The notes: generated by a model from the letters alone, not told the origin. A stretch of 63,977 nt of DNA, filler included, from Octopus bimaculoides (GCF_001194135.2; 8 parts of 7 records of this genome joined end to end with filler, not necessarily neighbours in it); one strand, 5' to 3'; positions 49,123 through 63,762 are shown, counted from the whole stretch's first letter. Program-made: numbers and translations.

Positions 49123-51632
49123 ATATCAGAAATTCCGTTGCACTATTATTACCTGGTCAGTGATGCACTTCCACAACAACTGTTTCAAGATTTATTGATA
49201 ACATATTCCTGGCTTTGGTCCCCTCTGTCTGTCTGTCTCTCTCTCTCCCTCTTCTTGAACAGCCCCCCCCCCCNNNNNNNNNNNNNNNNNNNNNNNNNNN
49301 NNNNNNNNNNNNNNNNNNNNNNNNNNNNNNNNNNNNNNNNNNNNNNNNNNNNNNNNNNNNNNNNNNNNNNNNNNNNNNNNNNNNNNNNNNNNNNNNNNNN
49401 NNNNNNNNNNNNNNNNNNNNNNNNNNNNNNNNNNNNNNNNNNNNNNNNNNNNNNNNNNNNNNNNNNNNNNNNNNNNNNNNNNNNNNNNNNNNNNNNNNNN
49501 NNNNNNNNNNNNNNNNNNNNNNNNNNNNNNNNNNNNNNNNNNNNNNNNNNNNNNNNNNNNNNNNNNNNNNNNNNNNNNNNNNNNNNNNNNNNNNNNNNNN
49601 NNNNNNNNNNNNNNNNNNNNNNNNNNNNNNNNNNNNNNNNNNNNNNNNNNNNNNNNNNNNNNNNNNNNNNNNNNNNNNNNNNNNNNNNNNNNNNNNNNNN
49701 NNNNNNNNNNNNNNNNNNNNNNNNNNNNNNNNNNNNNNNNNNNNNNNNNNNNNNNNNNNNNNNNNNNNNNNNNNNNNNNNNNNNNNNNNNNNNNNNNNNN
49801 NNNNNNNNNNNNNNNNNNNNNNNNNNNNNNNNNNNNNNNNNNNNNNNNNNNNNNNNNNNNNNNNNNNNNNNNNNNNNNNNNNNNNNNNNNNNNNNNNNNN
49901 NNNNNNNNNNNNNNNNNNNNNNNNNNNNNNNNNNNNNNNNNNNNNNNNNNNNNNNNNNNNNNNNNNNNNNNNNNNNNNNNNNNNNNNNNNNNNNNNNNNN
50001 NNNNNNNNNNNNNNNNNNNNNNNNNNNNNNNNNNNNNNNNNNNNNNNNNNNNNNNNNNNNNNNNNNNNNNNNNNNNNNNNNNNNNNNNNNNNNNNNNNNN
50101 NNNNNNNNNNNNNNNNNNNNNNNNNNNNNNNNNNNNNNNNNNNNNNNNAAAAGAGAGGCAAATACTTATTAATGAAACCCATACCTGTATATTTCTCTCT
50201 TTCTCATACACAAACACACACACTTTCTCACATTTGGCTATGTTGAAGAGAGCCAGAGAAAAACATTTGTATCACAGCCCCTGTGATCTCCCCGCCTCAC
50301 TGCAGTTCTCCAAAATTCATATACAAAGAGGTACAGGCATGACTGTGTGGTAAGAAGCTTGTTTCCCAACCACATGGTTCCGGGTTCAGTTCCACTGCAT
50401 AGCACTTGGGTGTCTTCTACTATAGCCTTGGGCCAACAAAAGCTTTGTGAGTGGATTTGGTAGGCAGAAACTGAAATAAGCCCATTGTGTGTGTGTGTGT
50501 CTGTGCCCCACCACCATTGCTTGACAACCGATGTTGGTGTGTTTACGTCCCCATAAGTTAGCGGTTTAGCAAAAAGAGAGATTGATAGTACCAGGCTTAC
50601 AAAGAATAAGTCTTGGGGTCAATTTCTTCAATTAAAACCTTTTAAGGCAGTGCTCCATCATGGCCACAGTTAAATGACTGGAGCAAGTAGAAAGAAAAGG
50701 AAAGAAAATAGCACTGGATGCCATGGCGTGATTTTGTTTAAGGTGACAAAGAATCCAAACTAGATCGCAAACATCTATATATATTATATTTTTTTCACTT
50801 GTTTAGGTCATTGGACTGCAACCATGCTGGGGCACTGCCATGAAGGGTTCAGACAAACAAGTCAGCCCCAGTACTTGTTTTTGTTGTTTTCTAATCTTGT
50901 TACTTATTTTATCGGTCACTCTTGCCAAATCACTAACTTACAGGGACATAAACAAACCAGCACTGGTTGGACAAATACAAACAAAAATACACACACACAC
51001 ACATGTGGGCCTGTGTTTGTTTACATCTGCAATCACTTGTACGGAAGTGCAGTGATCATGCAATGGTCAGTGCTGTTGTTGTTGTTGGTTTCTCGAGTCA
51101 GCAAATCATAGAGGTACTTCCATTGCATGCCTTCAAAGCCATGTGGAATAAATTATCCGTTATTTAGAAAGAAAGAAAAAATACTTAAGACTTAGCAAGC
51201 CATTAGCACAAGAGCATCCAACCTTAAAATCCTGCCTTGATAATATATCCTCCCTTCTAACCCATGCTAGCATAGAATAACAGATGTTAAACATACAAAT
51301 GAACACAAGCTGCTTATTCATTAGAAGCCTAAATGAGAAAGAGTTAATTAACTCTTATCATAGAGTACGTTTTCATCCTGCCACTTGCAATCCAGATTTG
51401 CTAATGGCTGGATGAAAATAGCTCTTCTTTTTCATGGATAATAACTATTTTGTTAGGGGATTTTTTGTTTATTTTGTTTTCTTTTCTCTTTATCTTGTCC
51501 AATCTTCTTCCTCTCCTCTCCCCCCACCACCACATGCCTTGTGAAAATATTTGGTAATCAGGTCAGTGATATATACTTTCTGTCCTATATTTTATTGTAT
51601 GTATGTAGTTGTGTGTATGTAATTGTATATAC

Positions 51633-51669
<37 letters not shown>

Positions 51670-51949
51670 NNNNNNNNNNAGTCATTTGACTGTGGGCCAT
51701 GCTGGAGCACTGCCTTTTTAGTCAAAGAAATCGACCCCAGGACCTATTCTTTGTAAACCTAGTACTTATTCTATCGGTCTCTTTTGCCGAATCCACTCAC
51801 AAGGCTTTGGTCGTCCCATGGCTGTAGTAGAAGACACTTGCCCAAGGTGCCACACAGTAGATCTGAACCTGGAGCCATGTGGTTGGTAAGCAAGCTACTC
51901 ACCACACAGCCACTCCTGCGCATATATATACATACACACACACATATAT

Positions 51950-51989
51950 ATATTTTCTCCTTGTCTCCGTATTCTTTCTGTTGAAGAGC
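51950..51989 (+). mobile_element. Repeat H2 copy truncated by an N gap inside the hammerhead-like motif
   Basis: ttctccttgtctccgtattctttctgttgaagagc followed by N. Confidence 0.7.
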
Positions 51990-52843
51990 NNNNNNNNNNN
52001 NNNNNNNNNNNNNNNNNNNNNNNNNNNNNNNNNNNNNNNNNNNNNNNNNNNNNNNNNNNNNNNNNNNNNNNNNNNNNNNNNNNNNNNNNNNNNNNNNNNN
52101 NNNNNNNNNNNNNNNNNNNNNNNNNNNNNNNNNNNNNNNNNNNNNNNNNNNNNNNNNNNNNNNNNNNNNNNNNNNNNNNNNNNNNNNNNNNNNNNNNNNN
52201 NNNNNNNNNNNNNNNNNNNNNNNNNNNNNNNNNNNNNNNNNNNNNNNNNNNNNNNNACAACTACTGGTGATTGCCTGCCCACCCACCTCTCCCCTCTCAA
52301 CCTAATCCTGTTCCATAGCTGCAGGTCAGCTTTGACCCAGCAGTAACCCAACCTATTTAGTGATGATAGCCTATGGCACAGGGAAGGTTCTCATGGATTC
52401 TGTGTATGGCTGTGTATATTCACAAGTTTCTCTGTGTGTGTGTGTGTGTGTGCACACGGATGTGTCTGTGACTGTTTACAAAACAGAATAACTGTTAACA
52501 TCTAAAATAAAGGTTTATACATAGGTGTAGGTATGGCTGTCTTTGGCAAGAGGCTTGCTTCCCAACCTCATGGTTCTGGGTTCAGTCTCACTGCATGGCA
52601 CCTGGGCAAGCCTCAGGCTGACCAAGACCTTGTGAGTGGATTTGGTAGACGGAAATTGAAAGAAGCCTGTCATGTATATGTATATATATATATACAAATA
52701 AAAGGGTAAAGGAATATTAATTTATTAATAAATTAATAATTAATAATTTTTACCAAGCCCTTCGGTATGTAAACACCATTATCGGTGAAGAACTTATTTA
52801 AAAGTTCTTATAAATTTATAAACATAATTAAGAGATCAGCGGC

Positions 52844-52891
<48 letters not shown>

Positions 52892-54734
52892 ATGTTTGTC
52901 CCCACAACATCCCTTGACAACCGATGCTGGTGTGTTTACGTCCCCGTAACNNNNNNNNNNNNNNNNNNNNNNNNNNNNNNNNNNNNNNNNNNNNNNNNNN
53001 NNNNNNNNNNNNNNNNNNNNNNNNNNNNNNNNNNNNNNNNNNNNNNNNNNNNNNNNNNNNNNNNNNNNNNNNNNNNNNNNNNNNNNNNNNNNNNNNNNNN
53101 NNNNNNNNNNNNNNNNNNNNNNNNNNNNNNNNNNNNNNNNNNNNNNNNNNNNNNNNNNNNNNNNNNNNNNNNNNNNNNNNNNNNNNNNNNNNNNNNNNNN
53201 NNNNNNNNNNNNNNNNNNNNNNNNNNNNNNNNNNNNNNNNNNNNNNNNNNNNNNNNNNNNNNNNNNNNNAGTAGCTCTCTTTATCTCTCTATCTATCTCT
53301 CTGTCTCTCTATCTTTCTTTCTCTCTCTATCTGTCTATATATCTATCTATCAATCACTCAATCGTTGTTTCTATCTACTTATCCTCTTTTTCTCTTTCCT
53401 CTCTCTCTCTCTGTATCTATCACCATATTTCTCTCTTTCTATCATCCACTCTCTCTTTCTCTCTATCATCTCTTTCTATCTGTCTGTCACCTTCTCTCTC
53501 TCTCTCTCTCACTATTTCTATCCCTCATTTACACAATCTTTATTTCCTTCTCCCTCTCTCTCATTCACACAATCTTCATATATTTCTCCCTATCTATCAC
53601 CCATTCTGTCTTTCTATCTCTTCCTCTACCTACCTATCTATCTATCTATCTATCACACTTACTCTCTTTTAATCTTTCTCTCTCTCCCTTTCTCTCTTTA
53701 TTCTGTTTTCTTTCTTCTCTTCCACCCCTTATCAATCCTCACCCANNNNNNNNNNNNNNNNNNNNNNNNNNNNNNNNNNNNNNNNNNNNTTAATTAATTA
53801 ANNNNNNNNNNNNNNNNNNNNNNNNNNNNNNNNNNNNNNNNNNNNTATATATATGCAAGTCGATCCCTCTTGGATTTACTGCAATGTAATAACATACCAG
53901 AGTTTAACGACCTGCAATTAACTGAGCTCTTAATTAGTGTTGATATAACTTTTGATGTTTATGCATCAATACTTTGTATGGATACACATATCTGCGTGTA
54001 TATATGTATTTATATATGCATGTATAAGTGTTTGTATGTATGTATGTTTGTGTTTGTGTGTGTGTGTGTGTGTGTGTGCTTGCATGTGTGTGTATGTATG
54101 TTTAAATATATTTAACTAGCATAGAAGAACAAGCACATAAATACACTTCGTTACAATGTTTTTCTTGAAGGACCTCGTATAAAACATCATAGTGTGTTTA
54201 ATTATGTGGGAGTGTCTTCGCCATTTCATGTGGATTCTTGGCATTTCTTAAACGAATTATTAAACTATAAAAAATAAGGATATCACTAAACAAATTTTGT
54301 GTATTATTGCCAGAGGAATTACCAGTAATACACTTACTTGCTTTGGTCTATTAGTTTCCATTTGTACACGTAGGTGTGTCAGTCTGAACATATACATACA
54401 TACTCTTACACATACACACATATATATATATATATACGTATGTATCTATGTTTGTATATATACATACATTTTATGAATGTGTGTATTTATATAGTTTCTT
54501 TTAACATCAAATAATATATAAAAACGTCAAATTGAAATATCGATCTATAACTGAACATCATTAATTTTGAATAGAGAAAGATTGACAGTGACTTCGAAAT
54601 TTTGACTCCTTGACCGTCATTATTCGGATGACGATTAATAAGACGAAACGTCGAGGCCTTTGTTTACATTTTCCTTTAAAAAATTAGTATGTACACATGT
54701 ATGTGTGCATTGTTGTAAGTAAATAAGTAGCAAT

Positions 54735-54772
<38 letters not shown>

Positions 54773-54833
54773 TAGACAGATAGACAGACAGATAGATAGA
54801 TAGATAGACAGATAGATAGATAGATAGATAGAC

Positions 54834-54897
<64 letters not shown>

Positions 54898-56759
54898 TGA
54901 TAGATAGATAGATAGATAGATAGATTATTTCTTTATCACGAATGTCTCTTCTGAAAAAATGTGACAGTTTATGACAAAGGGAGATAATTCCGTTATGTAA
55001 TATTACATTAATAATCTTTAAATCCGGAGGTTGTAAGAGCAAGACTCTAAATAAAGAGCTCTTCTTCTAATGTCCGCATTTGTTCAGTGGATATTACAAA
55101 CAGGAAGTGACGTTTAGACATAATCAGAGAGTCTACTTTATTATAACTTACTTTAATATTGTAGAATAATTAAATTACTGTTCTAATATGATTTACTGAA
55201 TACGATATATATATTTTTGCAGACGGCTTACACCATTATTGTAACAAAATACGATTTTTAAAAATTGTGAAATTAAATTATGTCAAAGTAAGATCTTTGT
55301 AATGGTAGATTTTTTAAACTTTTAACAATGTAACGTAATCTAAATTTGTTATAGTTTGCAAAATAATTAACTCTATAGGTTTTTCTTCTTTTTTTTTAGG
55401 TTTGTTTGTTTCCATTTTTCTGTGTTTTCTTTTTAATAAATCTTTCTTTCTATTTCACACATTAAATAATATAGTATTTAGCTTTAATTTTTATAGAAGA
55501 CTTTGTTTAGAATAGATTAATGAAAATAAATTGTCTACAAAAGAAACAAATGTACGCCTCGTTGTCTGATTCAGCGGTCAATTTGATTGTTGTTTTCCCG
55601 AAATTATTCATTTTGTTGTTGATGTTGTTGTTGTTGCTGTTGTTCCTGCAGCTGCTGCTGTTGTTATCATAATTACTGTTGTTGCTGTTACTTTTCGTTG
55701 CTGTTGTCGTTATTTTTGTTGCTGTAGACGTCGTCATTGTTATTGTTATTGTTGCTGCTGCTGTTGCAATTCTTGTCATCGTTCTTGCTGTGGTTGTTTA
55801 CTTAGAACCAGCTTTTAATCATCAGACTTATAATGAAAAACATCCCATCTGTGGCCATCCAATTATTGTCTTCATTTGGGTTTTTTGTTTAGTTTGTTTT
55901 TGTATTGTTTTGTTGTTGTTCTTGTTTTCTCGAGGGTGATTTAGGCATGATTTGCCTGCTATTTCTAGCAGGTCACACGATCACTTATAACTCCATTATT
56001 AAATTGCTTTGCCAAAGTGATCCACCAAAACTGAAGCGTGTAACTTGTAGAAAAGTACCCGAAAGTAAATCATTAGAATTAGCCGATATTTTTTTCTCCA
56101 GTTTGTAACTCGGGCAAAAATCAATGAGATATTAAAACGCTATCGTTTTACATAAAACAAAACTTATTTGGCGAATAAGATTCATTTTTGACAGCAACGG
56201 TACACTACAGTTCCAATGGAATCTTTTATCGGGTATTTACGCACAGAAATTCTGGTCCATAATTTTACCAAATTCAATCCAGCAAAAGAACCCTTTTAAA
56301 TTTCAGTTTCTCATTATCTCTACGAATATTCTATTGTTGCTGTGGTTTCGTCCGGCTCATAACTGTCTCATTTACACTTAATTTATGGTTTTATATTAAC
56401 TACTACATTACATAATCGCCATTACACTGCATCAGTAATGTCAATTTTCAAAGTCAAAATTGGTGGTGGACGAGTTGATGGTGCTTTGCTTTGTAAGGAA
56501 GAAATTTCACTTGGGGGCTGAGAAGAATGGATATACAGATAAATATACAATAAATGAATAAATAAATAAATTTTAATAGAGGGAGAGAGTGAGAACCCTG
56601 TCGATATATGATAAGGAAAGCAAAAGGGTCTGTCAACTGAATGCAAATATCAATATGTCATCTAAACTCGATTCGACTTTAATTCACGGCAGACATATTT
56701 TTCAATATTTGTAAATTTCTATTGAGACTTTAGTTACTACTAAATTTAGCAGGAATATT

Positions 56760-56829
<70 letters not shown>

Positions 56830-57690
56830 GCTTTCTCTTTCTCTCTCTCTCTCTCTTGCTCTCTCACTTTCTCACTCTCTCTATCTTTCTCTCACTCTCT
56901 CTTTCACACACACGCATACACCCATACCCTCTCCCTCTCCCTTACCTATCTCTTTCATTATATATGCGCCACTCATTCTCTTTCATTTTTCATCTGCATC
57001 CCTCTCTCTCGCTCTCCCCAACATCTCTAGATTATCGATATTTTCAATATTATATTTATATTTCACACAATCCAACTAAAAGCCCAACTGTGTAATCTAT
57101 TTATACTAATGCACAAATCTATAGATTTTAAGACTTCACTGGTTTTTCGGCAATTTCTGTGAATTAAGGTACGTGCGGATGTGTAGATTACATGTGTGCA
57201 TGTCTGTTTCATATCTGCGTATTCCATATACATATGTGTGTGTCTGCGTACGTGTGTGTATGTATATGTATGTACATGTGTATGTGTGCGCGTGTGTGTG
57301 CGTATGTGTGTGCAAAGGTATATCTAAAGTAGTATGGGTGGGAGCGGGGATTGATTACGTGTGCGTATATGTGTACGTGGGTACTTCTATAAATCGATGT
57401 GTGTCGTATTGATGAGAAGGAAAATAAATAAACTCTGTTCGGCAGTGATAACAGAGGTTTAAGTGTCGACATACCTTAAATAGTTGTTATATTTATGGCG
57501 GCAACTTAAGGTGATACTGTTGGATCATATCGAAAAATACCTGGTAAGGTATTTGGTTGTGCATATTCCTTATTTACTTACGGTTCGTCTTCGCTCTGCG
57601 ACACACAGCCTGCGGTCTGGAAAGATATGACATTCACTGAATCATCTCTTTGGCGAACACAGATTAATGAATTAAATGCATAAACTTTCA

Positions 57691-57769
<79 letters not shown>

Positions 57770-57776
<7 letters not shown>

Positions 57777-58661
57777 CCCGCATAACTTCTGAAGTTTGCA
57801 ACTAATGTTCTTCAAACTGGAAATATACATCACTTATGTTCCAGAGATGGTTTTAGACTCTTAAAATTTTCACATAATGTGTAACAGGGCCTCTGGGGCC
57901 AGAAAATCCCATTTCCTGGAATAAGTACGACTACTGTACAGAAGAGAGGTAACTCTTTGAGATGTAACTTTTCTTAAAATTTGTTAAAATATTGATATAT
58001 TTACTTTCTTTATTAACGCACAGTTATCACCTTAGTTTGTTATGTCATATTTCTTGACATAATGTCTCCAAAAAAGAGATCTTCCATTGGTCGAAAAACA
58101 GAGGTAGCAGAGAAATTGAAAAGAAGGAGAGCAAATAAATTGTTACGAGACAATCACAAAATGCTGCATGTACAGCTATTGCAAGAGCAATGGGAAGCGA
58201 TGAGCAACGTTAGTATTCGCCTGGCCAGGAATGCTGCATTAACAGCTTCAGCCAATCCCCACCCCTTACTACGTCATTTTTTTTCATGTAGATTTCTTTC
58301 GTGTGGTGCTGTTGAGCGCACCTACAGGCTTAATTTATCACATAGATGTAGTTCCTATGTCTCCTAATTGTTCCGCGTGGTAGCGGCAGCGCCGAGAGCC
58401 GCAAAAGAGAGTACATCCACTCAGAGCTTTTTGGTGCGCTCTAAAGCCACATATGCCCCACACACTTTTTCACAAGGTTAGGGCCTAGAATCATCCAAAC
58501 GGACACATGGTATTTCACTTCGCCGAATAAACACTTCATTTATTCCACAAATCTTTTGTGATCAATGCTGCACTTGCTTGTATGACTTGCTTCAACTAAA
58601 CTGTACCATATATACAAGCTATGCCTTTTAAATGCCGAGCAACGCCGGGTATGTCTGCTAG
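57770..58661 (+). mobile_element. Non-autonomous Helitron retaining a RepHel-like N-terminal remnant
   Basis: 3' end gccgagcaacgccggg hairpin + tatgtctgCTAG|t (58658-58661). ORF 58062 begins MSPKKRSSIGRKTEVAEKLKRRRAN...RLARNAALTASA, resembling the basic, repetitive N-termini of animal Helitron ORFs. The 5' boundary is approximate. Confidence 0.7.
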
Positions 58662-58914
58662 TATATATATGTGTGTGTGTGTGATTAGTTATTTTAACAA
58701 TGCCCATCCTTTCCTTTCATGTATTTTGTTTTAATAATTACTGCTCTATTCTTTAGATTGTGCTTCCTTTCTGATAAATGTTTTATTGACTATATATACA
58801 TATATATGTATACATATATAAATATATATATACATATATATGTAAGTATATGTATATGTATATACTTATACACACACACACACATACACACGCACGCACA
58901 CACACATAAATATA

Positions 58915-59381
58915 TATATAAGCACACGGTCTTTGCTCAGCGAAGTAATGCAAGTCTAGTTCTACTTATGCAGGTTATGTGTAAATAACAACAGTTAAGG
59001 GTTGAGAACAGTTGGAGACTGGTAGCAACCCAGATATCATAGGTTAGAAGTAAATCGCTGATATAATTAGAGAAGAGAAATTGTATAAGATCATAACCAA
59101 ACCGAATTACTGTATAGTTGAGGACGTTATGAACAGAGAATAGTTCTAATAGACTCAACGATGAAATATTCTAATAGCAATTCTGATGCAAGAAATGAGT
59201 CAATAATAGAACCGAAGGCGTGAAAAATTAATTAGGTTGTTCTGGTATCAGACATGGGTGAAATATTTTCTGGTTTTGTCGTAAATGCTGCACTTGCCTG
59301 TATCACATCTTTCAATTTAGCTGTACCATATAAACAAACCATGCCATTTAAATCCCGAGCAATGCCGGGTATATCTGCTAA
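58915..59381 (+). mobile_element. Second Helitron-like unit with a homologous 3' end
   Basis: 59282-59381 aligns with 58562-58661, ending cccgagcaatgccggg tatatctgCTAA. Confidence 0.7.
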
Positions 59382-59966
59382 TATATATATATATATATTA
59401 GCAGATATANNNNNNNNNNNNNNNNNNNNNNNNNNNNNNNNNNNNNNNNNNNNNNNNNNNNNNNNNNNNNNNNNNNNNNNNNNNNNNNNNNNNNNNNNNN
59501 NNNNNNNNNNNNNNNNNNNNNNNNNNNNNNNNNNNNNNNNNNNNNNNNNNNNNNNNNNNNNNNNNNNNNNNNNNNNNNNNNNNNNNNNNNNNNNNNNNNN
59601 NNNNNNNNNNNNNNNNNNNNNNNNNNNNNNNNNNNNNNNNNNNNNNNNNNNNNNNNNNNNNNNNNNNNNNNNNNNNNNNNNNNNNNNNNNNNNNNNNNNN
59701 NNNNNNNNNNNNNNNNNNNNNNNNNNNNNNNNNNNNNNNNNNNNNNNNNNNNNNNNNNNNNNNNNNNNNNNNNNNNNNNNNNNNNNNNNNNNNNNNNNNN
59801 NNNNNNNNNNNNNNNNNNNNNNNNNNNNNNNNNNNNNNNNNNNNNNNNNNNNNNNNNNNNNNNNNNNNNNNNNNNNNNNNNNNNNNNNNNNNNNNNNNNN
59901 NNNNNNNNNNNNNNNNNNNNNNNNNNNNNNNNNNNNNNNNNNNNNNNNNNNNNNNNNNNNNNNNNT

Positions 59967-60327
59967 ATATATAAGCACACGTTCTTTGCTCATCGAATTA
60001 ATGCAAGTCTAGTTCTACTTATGCAGGCTGTGTGTAAATAACAACAGTTAAGGATTGAGATCGGATTGAAAACTGATAGCAACCCAATATCATAGGTTAG
60101 AAGTAAATCGCTGATATAATTAGAGAAGAGAAATGGTATAAGACCGTAACCAAACCGAATTACTGTATAGTTGAAGACGTTGTGAACAGGGAACAATTCT
60201 AATAGACTCAGCGATGGAATATTCTAATAGCAATTCTGATGCAAGAAATGAGTCAATAATAGAACCGGAGGCGTGAAAATTAATTAGGTCGTTCTGGTAT
60301 CAGACATGGGTGAAATATTTTCTGGTT
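59967..60327 (+). mobile_element. Third unit, diverged tandem copy of 58915-59276
   Basis: Colinear with many substitutions (agcacacg[g/t]tctttgctca... to ...gggtgaaatattttctggttt). Confidence 0.75.
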
Positions 60328-61235
60328 TCCAAGGCAAGAAGATTGCATTCACTTTCAACAATGACAGGAAGGTTATAAGTGAGTGAAAGGTCCTCTATGT
60401 GTACGTTCGACCTCAGAAAAATCAGTCGAACAACATTCGTAATCATAAATTACTACAATATTTAATGTAGTATTGAATATATTAAGCTGAGGTGGTCATG
60501 TCTCAAACGTCTCCGATCGTACGTCTATTTGGTCTGAATTGATATAAAGCTAAACAATACGGGAAGAAGCTTTTAGTGTGTTTTGTAAAAAAGTTGGAGG
60601 TTGTTTAACCCGAGGTGATCGTTGATAGATCAGATATGTGATCAGTTATTTTAGCAATGGCCATCTATTCTTTTCATANNNNNNNNNNNNNNNNNNNNNN
60701 NNNNNNNNNNNNNNNNNNNNNNNNNNNNNNNNNNNNNNNNNNNNNNNNNNNNNNNNNNNNNNNNNNNNNNNNNNNNNNNNNNNNNNNNNNNNNNNNNNNN
60801 NNNNNNNNNNNNNNNNNNNNNNNNNNNNNNNNNNNNNNNNNNNNNNNNNNNNNNNNNNNNNNNNNNNNNNNNNNNNNNNNNNNNNNNNNNNNNNNNNNNN
60901 NNNNNNNNNNNNNNNNNNNNNNNNNNNNNNNNNNNNNNNNNNNNNNNNNNNNNNNNNNNNNNNNNNNNNNNNNNNNNNNNNNNNNNNNNNNNNNNNNNNN
61001 NNNNNNNNNNNTATATTGAAATGGTTACTTAATGTTAGCGTACAAACTGGTTAATAGAATCACTCGAAATTTTTCGCATGACAAAAGTTTCGATTGCAGT
61101 CATGCTTCGTTGCTCACGATTCAAGCTATAAGCTTCGATTGTCTTTACCTGTTGATCATATCTTGTCACACAGACTTCTCACCGGACACAGGTCTCAGCT
61201 CGCTGCTAACTGAACGTATCAGTAGTTAAACTTAC

Positions 61236-61640
61236 CCTTCTTTATATCACCGACACTTCGTTGACAACAAAATATCAGATTGGACAAATCTGGTCTCACG
61301 TCACCACTCCCGCGAATTGTTTTAATCAGATTCCAAGAATTTTCTTTTTTTTTTTTCTTTCGCAAAGAAAACTATTGGTCAGATTGCTGCTGGTATCGTT
61401 CGTTGATGTATAGTTCTTGGACGGCATCAGTTAGACTTTTCATGACGTCATCACTCAATTAAAAAGGATATCTTATTTTGTTGTTTATTAATTCTTGCAA
61501 CTGGAAAACAATCTAGGTTCAATTTGAAGCAGAGAGCTGTAACATACACAAGGTGATTCTTTACAAATATCTTAATCGTCTTTCAGATGCTGAGAGTGGA
61601 ATTAGATTGGCAATCGGCAGCGGTTCTAGGATTGGCTGCA
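61236..61640 (-). promoter_or_regulatory. Promoter or first-exon-like region (CRE, CCAAT boxes, strong minus-strand donor)
   Basis: TGACGTCA at 61443-61450, several ATTGG, CpG-retaining unique sequence, donor AGG|gtaagt at 61235. Confidence 0.25.
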
Positions 61641-62010
61641 CGTATTTCTGACGTTAGAATTCGCTAAGGCGTCCTTTCATAAGATGGGTAAACTGTAAAT
61701 ACATATGAAGGAAATTTGATGGGAGAATTTGGAATAAATAGCCGACTCGTATTACGACTCTTGAGAAGGTTGACAGAGTCAGAGAAAGTGTAAGTTGTTT
61801 TCCTCAGCTCAAATAACAGATTGTGCCTCAATACGGTATCATAAAGGAAGACACAGAATGGAGTTTTTCTTTCATGTTATATTTATATTCTTTAATAATA
61901 CCAACTGCGCAATAATATTATCCACTTTAAAATTTTATTGAATTTGTTTTTAAAATTTTTATAATCTACTGTTTAAACTACGTTTGACTCGTGATGTGTG
62001 TGTATGTATA

Positions 62011-62047
<37 letters not shown>

Positions 62048-62413
62048 ATTTGTACAAATAGAGATAAAAAGAGAAGAGAGTGAGTGAGAGAGAGAGAGTA
62101 AGTGAGAGAGAGAGTGAGTAGATAAAAGAAACGAGACAAAATATAGAGTTTGATGAACAATATTTCCCTGACGTAGCTGTCTCTTCGAATTCTATTATTT
62201 AACACTACATACACTCAACCACACATGCGCTCAGACACACACGCACAGATGCATAAAATATATCGGTGAATATATATATACATATATATATATATANNNN
62301 NNNNNNNNNNNNNNNNNNNNNNNNNNNNNNNNNNNNNNNNNNNNNNNNNNNNNNNNNNNNNNNNNNNNNNNNNNNNNNNNNNNNNNNNNNNNNNNNNNNN
62401 NNNNNNNNNNNNN

Positions 62414-62474
<61 letters not shown>

Positions 62475-62475
62475 T

Positions 62476-62523
<48 letters not shown>

Positions 62524-63285
62524 CGTATGAAACCCCATAAATTCTAGATCAAGGTAGTAAATCTCATCAAGAAACTCACTTAATATATACCAACACACAT
62601 CAATACACACATGCCCACCTACACACAAACACACACACACACACAGGCGCCAACCCCTCACCATCACGATCAAACTTATAATCCCTTCCGTTATTTTAAA
62701 GGGATCGATGCGAAAAATAAAAATCAAAGACTCCTGAATATCTGTGTTAGTGAGCGCGCGAGTAAGCGTGCGTGTGTGCGTATGTGTGCATGTATATGTA
62801 TATATATGTACATGTGTGTGTATATATATATATATATATACGTATATATATATATAAATATATATATATATANNNNNNNNNNNNNNNNNNNNNNNNNNNN
62901 NNNNNNNNNNNNNNNNTTAATTAATTAANNNNNNNNNNNNNNNNNNNNNNNNNNNNNNNNNNNNNNNNNNNNCTCTTAACTGTGAAACAATTGTACTAAA
63001 TTAACTAAAGGCAAGTGTTTTTTACTCTTCTCTACTGTTTTTTGTTCTGTGTGTATCAAAAATATCGCTATCAATCTGGAGTAATAATTTGTAGTTTTGA
63101 AATCAGTAGTTCTTTGACTGCTATTTCTGAATTCTCAATATGTTGGAGAAGCAGGTTACTGTCAATCCCTATATATTTATGATTATAAATGTTTTTTACC
63201 GAAGAAGGTTTTTTCATACTGAGCTACCCGGCAAAATTGTTGATTATTAATTTTATTACTAATTGACGATTCCCTGCCCTGCATA

Positions 63286-63321
<36 letters not shown>

Positions 63322-63727
63322 TATGCATATATTTGTGTGTCTGGGTTTGTCCACTACCATCGCTTGACAACCGATACTGGTGAGTTTATGTCCCCGCAAC
63401 CTACCAGTTCGGCAAAAATAGCAATAGAATGAATACTAGGTTTACAAAGAATAAGTCCTGGGGTCGAGTTGTACGACTAAAGGCGTTGCTTCAGCATGAC
63501 CGAAGTCAAGTGACTGAAACAAGTAAAAGAATAAAAGAATAAAAGAATATATACGATATATAGTATATATAGTATATATGATATAGTATATATCATATAT
63601 CATATATAATATATAATATTTATATATAATATATAAATAAAATATATATACATATGATACACACACACACACACACGCACACACACACACACACACGCAC
63701 ACACACACACACATACACATACACAAT

Positions 63728-63762
<35 letters not shown>

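Noticed and set aside
58937-59158. Minus-strand ORF kept open in both tandem Helitron units
   Set aside because: Differences between the copies are largely amino-acid changing, so there is no sign of coding constraint.
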